64,000 bases of DNA from Octopus sinensis. Its lineage: Eukaryota. The position numbers and the translations under genes were made by a program. Location of the stretch: positions 36,828,001-36,892,000 of the forward strand of contig NC_043005.1 in NCBI RefSeq assembly GCF_006345805.1. Reading direction: 5' to 3'. Below the pieces are notes generated by a model. That model saw only the letters and a list, made by a program, of their open reading frames with translations. It ran no database searches and was not told the origin of the DNA. Below are positions 38,850 to 52,549 of this stretch, one piece after another (position 1 is the first letter of the stretch; each line of letters begins with the position of its first letter).

Positions 38850-39068
38850 GTGTGTATATGTATTTTTGTATGTGTCTGTGTTTGTCCCCCACCATCGCTT
38901 GACAACAAATGTTAATGTGTTTACGACCCCTCACCTAGCGGTTCGTCAAAAGTGACCGGTAGAATAAGTACTGTGTTTACAAAGAATAAGTCCTGGGTTC
39001 GCTTTGTTCGACTAAAGGAGGTGCTTCAGCATGGCTGCAGTCAAATGACTCAAACAAGTAACTGAAAT
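38850..39068 (+). mobile_element. SINE family B, 3' half
   Basis: GTGTCTGTGTTTGTCCCCC..ACAAAGAATAAGTCCTGGG..CAGCATGGCTGCAGTCAAATGACT. Confidence 0.82.
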
Positions 39069-39143
39069 GAAATATATAATATATATGTGTACATATATCT
39101 TTAAGGATATATATGTATGTATATAAATATATGCGTATATATG

Positions 39144-39182
<39 letters not shown>

Positions 39183-39253
39183 TATAATATATATATATCT
39201 ATATATATATATATATATATATACACCATCACACACATATACATATATATATT

Positions 39254-39587
39254 GAGAGACCCCCTTCGGTCACAGACCATGGGATTACACCTAGAAAGTT
39301 ACCCTTCCAGGCACAAGTCCGGGCAAGGTTGTTTATGGAAGACTAGCAGTCGCCCATGCATACCGGCCTCCCTTCTCCACGCCACCAGTGTTATCCAAGG
39401 GAAATGCAAAGGCAATACAGCTTGGCACCTGTGACGTCGCATCTCATTTCTACAGCTGAGTGTACTGGAGCAACGTGAAATAAAGTTTCTTGCTCAAGAA
39501 CGCAACACACAGCCCGCTCCGGGATTCGAGTTCACAACCTCACGGTCGTTAGCTCGACGCTCTAACCACTGAGCCATGCGCCTTCAC
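39254..39587 (-). mobile_element. tRNA-derived SINE family C
   Basis: Head GTGAAGGCGCATGGCTCAGTGGTTAGAGCGTCGAGC; homologous to 50865-51201. Confidence 0.88.
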
Positions 39588-39648
39588 ACACACACACACC
39601 ACACAAATATATATATATATATATATTTGTTGCCACCAAATCATGTTA

Positions 39649-39743
39649 CAAACGAACATAATTTGGTGGCAAGCACTATGCATTTGCTCATTGTTATTAG
39701 TGTATAATTAGTCACTGGCAGACATTCTCCTTAACTTCTACTG

Positions 39744-39804
<61 letters not shown>

Positions 39805-39902
39805 TATGCAGTAGAAGTTAGGGAGAATGTCTGCTAGTGACTAAGTATACACAATAACAATGAGCAAATGCATAGTGCTTGCCACAAAATCACGTTCGTT
39901 TG
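39649..39902. repeat. ~100-bp inverted repeat around a (TA)n/(TATG)n spacer
   Basis: 39649-39749 versus reverse complement of 39803-39902, about 90% identical by eye. Confidence 0.9.
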
Positions 39903-41959
39903 CAAGTAAAATTTTAGAAAAAATCTTTTGAAATGTAAGCATGTACACATTAGGACGATGGATGGGCAGAAACCTTAGCGTTCTGGACAAAATTGCATTG
40001 GATTTCTTTCGGCGCTTTAAATTCTTAGTTCGTTTCCCAGGAGGTCCATTCTACCTTTAATGCAACTATTGTACATAAACTATAGTATTTGGGACGATTT
40101 AATCGATTAAATCCTTTCTCGCAAAATTTCATACCTTATGTTTATAATTTTTGTATATACACAAATGTATAAAGGCAAAGACTACTGGTGGAATAGTCTA
40201 GTAAAAACAGCAACCTGGAGTAAGAAGTGGCCATAAACAGTTGGTATACGACAGAGGGGGAATGTCATGCAGGTTTCTAGAAGTTGCGTGCCGAACACAT
40301 GTGAATATCTCTTCAAATATCTGTGAAAGAGAAGAACGTCTTGAAAAAAACTTAAGAGAAAGCTACAGTTCTTATATCCAAGTTATAGATATTTATATAT
40401 TTGTTTATTACTCAATTCCGTCTTTTTTATATGCGGAATTGACTAATTTTTTTTAATATCACCTATCACTTAACGCATGCGTATAAGTACAACTGCGGGA
40501 AATATTCACGCTTATTTACGTGGCAGATATATTGCATTTTAACTAAAGGTTGTATCATATGTACAGGATATATATTGTTATTTATGGGGAAAATAGAAAA
40601 ATAAGAGTGAATATTTATTTTATGAGTTCTGCGTATTAAGTCTATAAAATTGTGCATAAAGAATATAAAGTGTATATATAAAGTGCATTAAGTAATCATC
40701 ATATTCGAATTACTTTCACTTTTCAATGAGTAGCAGATGAGCGACTATCTTTCCATACAGACACAACATAGGCTACGCTTTTAAGTTTTTTGAATAAAGT
40801 TTTCAGAAATAACCTAATAGGTTTACCTTTAATTCCCTGGAATATTCAGGGGTCTCGCTAGTTTATATAATTATGGGGACGCGTTTAAATATACATGATA
40901 TAATTACTAATACTTTTTGGGGGTAGGGGGTTGAAATTTTTACTATTATTTATCAAATAATTTTCACACACATTTTTTTATAAATATTAGTAAAAACCGA
41001 AAATATCTTTGTTGCTTGTCTTGGTAAAGAATTTGTTACTGTTAATCGAGCTGACATACGATAAAAGATGTTCCATTTGTGATCATCCTGATGTTTTGTA
41101 TATCAGTAATATATTGCCTAATGTTTTTCCCCTTTTATGTCCGGGATTTATTCTTTTCTTTTCCTCAGTCAGGACGAAGGACCAGCGATTATGATCTCCA
41201 TAACCCTCCGCTATAATCACCAATTTCACGTTCATATGTCCATGCTTGCATGGGATGGATGGTTCCTCTGCAACACAGCATCCTACACACAAGCACACAC
41301 ATACACACGTATACATACACGCATCCTTTCGCACATACGTACATTCAGACATGATCAGTCCTGAGAAAGACTTTATTTGAAAGAATTTAGCTGTGGTTTC
41401 TAACAAATTGGCTGTCAATGAATATAAGTTATTGAAACCTGTGATAAGTATCGTCTTCAATGCTTTTTCAATGCTATCACATGTAATAATATATTTATAT
41501 TTATAAAAATTTACGTAATTTTCTAAAGTCAGTCATAAAATTAAACAGTAAGTATTAAATTTGAAGTTAAAATTTAATCATATTTTACCATATGTTATAA
41601 GGCGATGTATTACATTATTACTATTCAGACAGAAATTATTATTCAAAAATATTTATTTCAAGCCTAAGGTAATAAAATAGAATAGTTGATGTCTAAAGAC
41701 AAAACATCTTCCAGTTAAAACTTTATATGTATTTCTTTATTCAAGAAAATGAAATAAAAGACACCAAGAAGAAATACATCAAGAGTGATGCAATAAAAAC
41801 AAAATGGTTTCTCTAATGTCACAAATAGATATTTATTTGTTTTATAGACAGGGAATTTGTATAACTTTAAAAGTATTAAGTGCAATGTCTAGAATGTTAC
41901 AGGAAGAATATACATACACGTGTGTATGCATGGGTGAACGTGGCTGTTTATGTGTATGT

Positions 41960-41960
41960 T

Positions 41961-42008
<48 letters not shown>

Positions 42009-42131
42009 ACAATTAAATATGTATATTTATATACATATAAACACACACACACAGATGTATTTGTCTGAATATACGCGTGTATGTGTATATGCACATGAAT
42101 GTATATCTATAGATATATATATGTGTATATA

Positions 42132-42180
<49 letters not shown>

Positions 42181-42287
42181 TCACACACACATATGTAATG
42201 TGTGTGTGTATTTATATACATATATATATACATGTATATATATACGTATATACGTATATATATACATGTATATATATACGTATATAC

Positions 42288-42332
<45 letters not shown>

Positions 42333-42400
42333 CATATATATGCATACATACATACATACATATATATATATATGTTTATACATATTCAAACTTACATATA
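41960..42400. repeat. (TA)n-rich compound microsatellite
   Basis: Direct reading. Confidence 0.92.
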
Positions 42401-43181
42401 TACATGCATATGATATGCAACTATGTGTGTACAAACGTTTATAGACGTATATTACATACGTACGTATTTGTAGATGCATTGTTGCATATATATACGTAAT
42501 CATTTATTTCTCTTTCTGTCACACATACACTCGCGCGGGCGCACTTAAAAGTATACAGACATACAACGAGATTAAAGGAAAGGTGTGAAGCGCATAACAC
42601 TGAAGCAGATGATGACAGATCGAAGAGAAAGCGACTGATAGACAATAAGACAGAGTGAGGGATACGTGAGGATGAGAGGCAGAGAGCGAAGAGGGAAAGA
42701 TATTTCTACGTATTTGTGTGTAGGTGGAATGATGATGAAACTTTGACAGTAACGGCATGGACAACTTTAATATTTGCTTAACTGGAACTACTTCTATACG
42801 GTCTGTGAGTTACAATCTCCTGACTGTAAAATTATTCTCATTTTGTTAACATAGATTATTTTCGAAATTCCTTTACGACAACGAGATTATATTTTCACAT
42901 TGTTTATTTTTGCTTATTATTTTATTTTCTATTTACTGGCATATCTAATATAGTTTTATTGCTCTTTTCGTATAATAAATAGATTTTCCTACTAGCATAT
43001 ATTCTAAAGAATGAGGTATCAGAATAACAGTTCTTGTACGTATTAATTCTGTTTTACTGTGTATATGGGTGTGTGTGTGTATTCGAGGATTTAAAGATAT
43101 ATTCAACATGAGAAAATGTGAGAATGAAGAAAAGTAACTATATATTTTATATATATATATAGATATGTGTACATGTATGTA

Positions 43182-43221
<40 letters not shown>

Positions 43222-43234
43222 GCATATATATATA

Positions 43235-43284
<50 letters not shown>

Positions 43285-45200
43285 ATATAATATATATATA
43301 TATATTAATATTTATATTTATATAATGTTATCTGCAAAATGTTCTTTGATAGTTTGAAATTCCGTATTGAATTTATAAAGTAAATTGCTAAGATATTTTC
43401 TTCATTTCATTCTGCAATTTTAAATCCTTTCTCTTCATTTATAATTCTAGTAAAGAAGATTGCTTTTTACTGACTTTTCCTATGTATTTTCCATTCATCA
43501 GCCGTAGTAATGTGCCATTACATGTGACATTGAAAATTAAACTAGCGAAGGTTAGATAATGAATTAGTGTTGCTTGCGTCAGCATTTGAAGATATTTGTG
43601 GAATATGCCATGCGAAAAGCTTAAATATTCTTTCAGGGTGAAATTTACGTCAGCAAACCATACTTTAAGATATGTAATCTAAACAGCTTAAGTAAAATCT
43701 TAGTAGAAATGTTATCAGCAAATATTACTCTGTTGATGCTGCAGTTAAATCGAATTAGAAGTGAATGATATTACTTTCTGTTTTAGAACCGCTAAATATA
43801 TTAAGCTCATATAATGACAGAGTTCAGTATATTTTATATACGAAGCATTTCATATTTTAAATTGGTGTCATATTTCAATAGTACAGAACTGTTCATAATA
43901 GCAAAAATTGGAACAACTTTGTTTAGCTGGAACAATTCTGACAAATTTGCAAACAACCACATTAATAATACACTTGAAAATGTCATTTAGAAGGTTACTG
44001 CAAAAATGCTGGCCTCTGTAACGGAAATAATGTCGCAATAGAGCATTTGCCATTACTTGTGTACATCACATGCCTTTTCCCCATAGAAACTTGTGGAAAC
44101 ACCATAATATCCTGCTTACTGCAAAGCTTTTGGCTAACTCTACCTTGTTTAATAGTTTGTCATTGGAGGAAAATAATAAGAGCTCTTGAGATTGAAAAAT
44201 TTCCTGAATATGTTATCATTGATCTATCAGTTAGCTAACGAACACTTAGCATGGATGGCAGATACTATATCTATAAACCTCAATGGTCAATTTACAATAC
44301 CATTTAACAATAAGGTGTGAATGAAGTTATTCACAAAATAAGCGGAATTCACCAACATAATGGCTGCCCATTCTGAAATAGAACTAGCCGTTTCTTTCTT
44401 AAATATTAACAAATTTAAGGTGAATTTAAAGTCATTATATATATTCCATCTATTAATCTATCGACTTAATGATAGCTTTGAGAAAATCTTCGAAAGCTGC
44501 CAATTAAAGGTGTTTGGGGGTAAACTATACATTCGAGTAGCCATTAAACTACACGCAGAAAAGTGAAAAACTTACGTTTGCAAGATAAAATAATTATTAC
44601 AGTGTAGGACACTTAATTGTTAATTTAGCTACGAATGGAATCTGTGAATTGTAACAGAGCCAATAGTAAAATAAAGTTCATGAACTGACAAAATAGAGGA
44701 AATAGGGAATTATTTCAAGGATGGAAATGATTGGGAAATAGATATTGAAATGGGAGAAAATACTAGCACATAGCATTCAGGCAACCTACACAACATACAC
44801 TTGAGGTAATGTTGCACTTTTAAACTTATATTGTTACTAAATTGTAAAATGCAATTACGAAAAGAACTCACAGATATATACAATTAAATACATATATTAT
44901 GCATTTCTCTCTGCCTCTGTTTCTCTCTCTATATCTCCTCCCGCTCATACGTTTATTGATTGCAAACAAAGATTGTGACAATGCTTGCTTGCTTATTTTA
45001 GCGTCATTTCTCGGCCTACGGAATCGATCCTGGTGACGTAGCGAGTTGGAAACAGCTGCTTATCATAGCATTTCTTGCCTTGAAGTGGGTTTACCTGGTA
45101 TATCACCTAAAAATTCGAAAATCTGACTAGTGGTTCTTTGAACACATCCACACCTCGCTGGTTTCTAATATATATATATAAAGATACATCTATATAGATG

Positions 45201-45249
<49 letters not shown>

Positions 45250-46456
45250 GTATATTTATATATATACAGAGAGAGAGAGCGTGAGTGAGTGAGAGAGAGA
45301 GAGGGAGGGAGTATACGTATATGTATGTCTTATTATATTCAATATGTGATGTGAAATAAAGTGATTCAAAATTCATGTGATGCAATTAATGTATATTTAA
45401 TATATATTTAAAATATACAGGTGGAAAATATATATTGATATCAATGATTTATTTCGTTTTCATGACAACCACATAGCGTAGCACAATCCTCAATAAGAGC
45501 AGCGTCATTTAGATGTTAATTCTGGATCATTTCAAATCTCAATCACTAGAACATAACTTGCTGACTTTTGAGTTTACTTCACTGGAAAGAAAACATTATA
45601 CCTTTTATTTCTTTCATGTTCAGTACTACAGTAAATCTGTACTCAGACAGTACTTTACAGTAAATAACAGCTTGATACAACTATTTTAAAATGCATCTTT
45701 CAATATATCTTTTTATCATAGAAATCCATTGTGGAAAAATATTCAATGTAAAGTGTATTATAAAGTAAGAGAATATATACTCAATACTCGCTGTTGATAT
45801 TATAAATATTAATGTTATAGCTAGTACACAAGCGTTTCGTTATCATAATTACGATTGTGCTACGATATATGAAACCTATGGTATAAAAATCCATGTGCAG
45901 AAGGCTTGATGTTATTTATATGTAGTAGCACAATACCTACAAGTAAGTGATATGTTCGTATGAGAGTGAGTATCACAAGATTAAACACAGCCACAGCAAA
46001 TAGACGTAAGCTGCAATGCTCACATTAATACAAATTGTAAGGAAAATATATAATTGATTGAATCGATTCCAGTTCACATTTGAGTCGTATTTCATCGAGT
46101 GTGGTGGGAAGAACATTGGAGGTAAACCACAGCAGGATAAGATCTCATAATTTAGATAGATGTCTCTAAAAGCTAACGAATGCTCATCGGCTGAGAAATA
46201 GTGAAAGACATACACGCAGGTGCAAAAAACAAATGATAATAGCAAAGGAAATATTTGCGTATTTTGCAGCAGAATGCACACTAACGGTAAAATGAAACTC
46301 ATGCACAAATAATGCATAAATCGTAGAAATACAGTGATGTGTGTGTATATGTGTGCGTGCGTGCGCGCGCATATACATATATACTTATATATATATCTTA
46401 CTCCTTTATAATAAATATACATGTATATTGATACTCTAATTACTGTTTCTTTATCA

Positions 46457-46539
<83 letters not shown>

Positions 46540-47648
46540 ACGTATGTGTGGATGTATATATGTATGTATATGGGTATGTGTGTATGTATGTATTATACTT
46601 CAAATAAAACGATATCGAACACATACAAGTTTAATTCTCAAATATTAAGCACGTAACATTTTCACATATAGACAAACACATATGCACACACACACACGCA
46701 TACACATACTCACTCACACACATGCACACACACACACTCACTCACACACATGCATACACATACACACGCACGCACACACACACACACTCTCTCTCTCTCT
46801 CTGTGCATGAAAGAAAACATCACCAAAACCAATTCCGTAATAAATCATCACAATAATTGAAATAAACTTAGGAAAGCATCTTTCAATGACACATATCTGG
46901 GGGCGGGGGTTAGACAAGGTCAATTGCAGTTATTGATTGATGATTAACAAAATTTTACGAGACTGGGGGGAAAAGAAAAAAGAAAACTTCAACAGCTCAC
47001 AAACGGATTTAGTTTACAATTTCACTTTTGTCCCATTTGTAATGTCAGCAATGTTTTGTGTATTGACGCACAGTGAGAAATAATGTCTATTTAATATCTA
47101 TGGGCAATTTTTGTGGAGAACTTCTTTTACTTGTATCCTTGGTGTCAATTTTCTTTCTATTTCAAAATAATAACCTAATTTATGACTGTGTGCGTATTTT
47201 GTATGATTGTATGTGTATAAAACTGTCTGTATTTATGTATACGTGTATGGTTATGCGTGACTTGAAGAACGTTGTAGTAAACACGACCTAATCATGAGCT
47301 CAGCAGAAACGTTAAAATTGTTTCAGTATACGCATAGAATGTATAAGCAAAAAATAAAAGCAGAAGTAAAAGCTATCCTATTGTACCTCCCCAGCAATGT
47401 GTTGCTTCAGGTACAAAATGGACGCAAATTTCATTAAGGAAATTCAGGAAAAACGTGAAGCCAAGATCTTCACCTTTACGCGCCAAATATCTAAATATCA
47501 CGGAAGCATATTTGAATGATGTTTCTATTGAGGTGTGTTCCAATAAGAGAGGTTAAAACCAGAGGAACACATGTGTATTCATATATATATATACTCGCGC
47601 ACACGCGTACATGTATATATATATATATATATACAAAATGTGACCTTT

Positions 47649-47853
47649 CAAAATGTGACCTCGTGTGTACCGTTGGCGATTTTTTTCCTCTGTCTTCCCT
47701 TCTCTGGATCTTTCCTTCCCCTATGTTTCCGACGAAGAGCTCCGCTCGAAACGTTAAACCCTCCTTCTTCCCTTCTTTCCTGAGCGTCCAATAATACTAT
47801 ATTTGTTCCACGTCCTCGCGTTGTTGTGTTTTTTTGTGTTTTCTTGTTTGGAT

Positions 47854-47857
<4 letters not shown>
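47649..47857 (+). mobile_element. Second copy of the ~210-bp (TA)n-flanked repeat
   Basis: About 95% identical to 19711-19924; 5' CAAAATGTGACCT duplicated at 47634-47646. Confidence 0.75.
47725..47759 (+). ncRNA. Candidate minimal hammerhead variant (identical to 19788-19822)
   Basis: GTTTCCGACGAAGAGCTCCGCTCGAAACGTTAAAC. Confidence 0.45.
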
Positions 47858-47888
<31 letters not shown>

Positions 47889-48511
47889 ATACACATGCAC
47901 ACACGCACGCATGCACACACAGCAGAAAGTTGATGGATGTACATCAAAAACTATATCCACGATAATTACAACCTGAATTGATAACATTCGTTTAACTTTA
48001 GCTGGTGATTAACTTGAAACAAATCCAAGTAAACAACGTAACATTCCTGATTATGTGATCAAAGAAATTTTTGTATATAAATTTTACTTAATTTGATCAA
48101 ATTTAATTATGTGTCATTGTGTTAATGAAACAGGTGTTGTGTCAATTATTGTATGAACTATATGTGAAATTTACACGTTTCTCCTTTTATCATATATCAT
48201 AAGAGATATTTATGTATGCGTGTGTGTGTGTAAGGAAGAAGTACTTAATGTATGGATTTCATAATAATGACATGAAAACTGGGGGTTTACACCAAAATTA
48301 CGCAAAGTTTTGCCATAGCGCTTTTTTTATATGCAACAAAGGCATTGTTATAACCTACAAATTTTTATAGCCATTATGTGTTTGGTTACGACTAGGTTTA
48401 TAAATACTGAGTTTCTAAGATTTAAATGCTTATACAGTAAATGTTTTCGCGACGACATTTTGAAATGTGCTCCCTCCAGAATTCACTAAGTGACAGCCAT
48501 CCATCCAACCA

Positions 48512-48591
<80 letters not shown>

Positions 48592-50102
48592 GATCTATCT
48601 ATCTATCTATCTATCTATACATACATACATACATACATATGTACAAACATAGATACACAAAAACAATCACGCGCGCGCGCACACACGCACTATATATGAA
48701 GAAATAATCCTTGGTATGGAACAACACAAACCAAATTCTTCAGAATATGTTTTAGCAAATTCTATCATCGAGGATATCCTTTATAGTTCCGTGGTGGCTT
48801 CAGCGTTCGGCCTCTATGTGTGTAGCAAAATCGTTGAGATTTTTTTCCTCGTGTAGTTGCTTAAAAGAAATGACTGTGTTGCATTTATACACAAAATGTT
48901 ACTTTAAGATCGTAAGCGGTGGTGCCCCAGCATGGTCGCGGCCTTCGGGCTAAAACATTTTTAAGGATTTAAGGAACAATCAAAATTCTGCTAGTAACAA
49001 CCTTCCCTTATATAGATGTTTTCGATCTAGCTTGAATTCTATGCCATCTAATTTGATAGCAAAGAATCCAAATTAGATTGAAAACATCTATATTATCTAC
49101 CCGAATGCAGTTGTTCCAACATCAATAGATGACCACTTATCGACAAATAACAACCAGCAGAGCGTTGGTATATTGGGCTTAAATAATATTGCACGACTTG
49201 GCAGATAGGACAACGCATTACATATATCGTCGTAGATACGTGGTAAACGGTAAAAACATTCATGCATATTATGATATAATACATAAAGAAGAAAAAGAAA
49301 TCATTAAACATCTTAAAGATATACAAATACAAAATTATTATATTTATTATTAAAAAGAAACATTAAAAAGAAATGATATACCATACATCAACTAGATGCC
49401 AAATTCCAAAAATGTATAAAATTCTTGTTGAAACTGTATTTATTAAAATCTACAAGAGCAGTCAAAGCCCTTAGCATTAATAATAAGTTATATAAATATT
49501 TATAATGAAAAATATAAAATAATTTCGTCTCGAAGCAAACACTATTCTCAAATGAAAAGATATTGGATTATCAAAAGTATTAATACAGATACAAATATTT
49601 AAACATATTTTAGATTTATTATAGAATAAAATCATTATAAATTATTACGTATTTCGTGAAAGCTGCATTAAAATATTTCAACTGTAAATTCATTTAGAAA
49701 AACAGAGAGTAAAAACGAATAGCATTTAATTTTCAAGACATAAATGTAATCGTAATAAATTCAAGATTCATTTGTAAAGAATATTAGAAAAGAAATAACT
49801 TCCAATTGATATAAGAAGAGTGCCACATAAAATTTGTAATATCAAATAATAACATATTCTATTGCATTGAAGTCACTGTAACTATTAAAACAATAAACAT
49901 ACACACTGCTAGATTAACTATTATTTTGTTATTTCGTAATGATAATAAGCGTGCGTCAGTGTCCAAGTTCATGAATAGATCAACATACCTGCTTCCTATA
50001 TGCATGTATGTATATATAGCATATTTATATGCATTTATTTATATATGTATATATATATGCATGTATGTATCGATATACATTATATGTATATATATGTATA
50101 TA

Positions 50103-50161
<59 letters not shown>

Positions 50162-50284
50162 CCTATTTGGGAAGATGTGGCTGAATGGAGTTAAAGTAGT
50201 GAGTGATAGTATAAATACCAGATGAGATGAAATAAGAATGTTTGTATGGAATATAATTGCTTGATATCCAACGATCTAATACAC

Positions 50285-50321
<37 letters not shown>

Positions 50322-50342
50322 ACGCTCGGAAGTGAGAAAGTA

Positions 50343-50376
50343 TTTTACGTTTCGAGCCTACGCTCTTCAACAGAAA
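50343..50376 (-). ncRNA. Degenerate hammerhead-like motif, related family
   Basis: TTT-CTGTTGA-A-GAGC(GTAG)GCTC-GAAA-CG-TA-AAA: same stem II, different loop, A6 mutated to T. Confidence 0.35.
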
Positions 50377-50433
50377 GGAACATATATATATATATTATGT
50401 GTGTGTGTGTGTATTTACATATATAAGTGTATC

Positions 50434-50782
50434 GTGGCACTCCGTCGGTTACGACAACCAGGGTTCCAGTCGATTCAATCAACAGAACAACCTGCACGTG
50501 TAATTAATATGCAAGTGGCTGAGCACTCCACAGAAACGTGTACCCTTAAGGTAGTTCTCGGGGTGATTCAGCGTGCAACAGAAACAGGAAGAAAGAGCGA
50601 GAGAAAGTTGCAGTGAAAGAGTACAGCAGGGTTCGCCCCACCTCCACCCCAACTGCCGGAGCCTCGTCGAGCTTTAGATGATTTTGCTCAATAAACACTC
50701 ACATCACCCGGTCTGGGAATCGAAACCGTGGTCCTACGACTGCGAGTCTGCTGCCCTAACCACTGGGCCATTGTGCCTCCAC
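50434..50782 (-). mobile_element. tRNA-derived SINE with a distinct middle and the 3' tail of the 3047 family
   Basis: Head GTGGAGGCACAATGGCCCAGTGGTTAGGGCAGC..GGTTTCGATTCC; tail ..GTCGTAACCGACGGAGTGCCAC. Confidence 0.8.
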
Positions 50783-50864
50783 ATATGTGCATGCACACAC
50801 ACACACACACATATATATATGTGCGTGTGTGTGTGTGTTTTGGAACACGCACACCTTCTAGGTT

Positions 50865-51201
50865 GAGAAACCCTTCGGTCATGACTGACCATGGGATTGC
50901 ACCTAGAAAGTTACCCTCCCAGGCACAAGTCTGCGCAAGGTTGTTTAAGGAGGACAAGCAGTCGCCCATGGATACCGGCCTTCCCCTCTTCCCACCACCA
51001 GTGTTATCCAAGGGAAAGGCAAAGGCGGATACAGCTTGGCAGCTGGGACGTCGCAACTCATTTCTACAGCTGAGTGAACTGGAGAAATGTGAAATAAAGT
51101 TTCTTGCTCAAGAACACAACACGCAGCCCGGTCCGGGATTCGAACTCACAACCTCACGATCGTAAGCTCGACGCTCTAACCACTGAGCCATGCGCCTCCA
51201 C
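50865..51201 (-). mobile_element. SINE family C
   Basis: Homologous to 39254-39587 along its length. Confidence 0.88.
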
Positions 51202-52549
51202 AACACCCTCTATATACAGAGTATTTATGTATAGTGTTTTAAAGTGTTGGTTGATTTCATATCTGTTGTCTGCCTTTTAATGCTTTGTTCCGTCACACAC
51301 ATACCAGCTTAACTGGTGCATTGCCTATTGTCAATTTTCATTTAAGCAGCCATCTCATACCTGCATTTAAAACTGGAGTTCAGGCAAAAATTCCATCTAA
51401 GCATTTTTATCTTGCATCATTTCACATCGTATTACCCTCGCTTGATTATATATAAATAAACTTTTTTAATGGAAAGGTTGATAGTGACGAAAACTTCGGT
51501 TTGCTTGACTTCATCACAGGACGCGCTTTACTTGGGTTCATTTTCGCTATGTCAGTCATAATTGTGATGTAAGTAGACAGTGAAGTAACTGTGTAGGAAG
51601 TGGGAATTAGGAAATGTTCGTAGGATATGGGTTGATAGAAATGTTTGGTGAGGAGATTTAATTTGGTATGATGATAGAATGTTTTTATCATTTAGGATTC
51701 AATCAGGCGTGTAAATAAATATAAACAAACGTAACAAATTTAAGTTACGATATTCTTTGTGAAGAATACTGCGCTATTTGCTGTGCATTGTCAAATGAAG
51801 CTTGTAAGATCTGTTGTATTCCGTTTTTGCTAGATTAAGCTTCTAAATCAGGCGTGAATGTAGATCTTCGTTTGAAGGATTCTTTGGTCTGGTATATCAT
51901 TTTAAGCTCATGTTCTGTTTTCTATCCCTATATTTGACCTCTACTTCAAAAACGATTGCCTCGGGGTTACATAGTCCATTTAGAAAACATGGCATATTGC
52001 AACGGTATGAATATCCACAATGTAGACATATGTGATCTCAAAACGGACTGTTCGTCTTTGACGAGTAGAGATGAAGATGGAACCATCTCTAAACATGTTC
52101 ATGGGCACACATTCAATTGGTCAAGAAAAGAAATTACAAACAAGTTCAAATCCCAGGCCTGAAAATTATATCAGGCACTAACCTGAAAAAACCAAATTTA
52201 CTGGAGTTTATTGTAGACCTTAGTACTGAATTCTCACATAAGCGCAATTATACTGCGGAGATGCAAGAATTCTGTGCTATGACGGTTGAATGGAATATGT
52301 AACACCAAGTCCATCGTTTATGGGGTAATGAACAAATCTAAGACTAGGAACGAGAACACAAACCTAAAATTAACGCAATTTTTGCCACTCCAAATCCCAT
52401 CGCCATTTCTCTCATTTTCAATATAATTCTCATTGCAAACGTCAGTCACATCGTGGCTGTTACTTGCGACGAGATGGTAGAAATCGTTGGCGAATCGGAA
52501 AACACACTTGGAGACATTTTTTTCCTGATCTTTACGTACAATGATAACT

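Noticed and set aside
42720-42826. C/D-box snoRNA or small exon candidate (ATGATGA..CTGA; AG..GTGAGT)
   Set aside because: No terminal stem, no recognisable rRNA guide, and stops in all three frames.
7590-43320. Single-base interruptions in (TA)n tracts as a coded pattern
   Set aside because: Irregular; consistent with slippage or long-read consensus error.
43560-44250. Possible hAT transposase relic (KYYSVD, PLLVYITC)
   Set aside because: Too degraded; catalytic residues not identifiable.
3290-51201. tRNA-like sequences at SINE heads
   Set aside because: A/B boxes continue into SINE bodies and no full cloverleaf forms; not tRNA genes.
51446-52302. Short ORFs and a GAT-GTAAGT donor site
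   Set aside because: No convincing acceptor or domain; the minus strand weakly resembles a LINE relic (DIAKMNPSKA).
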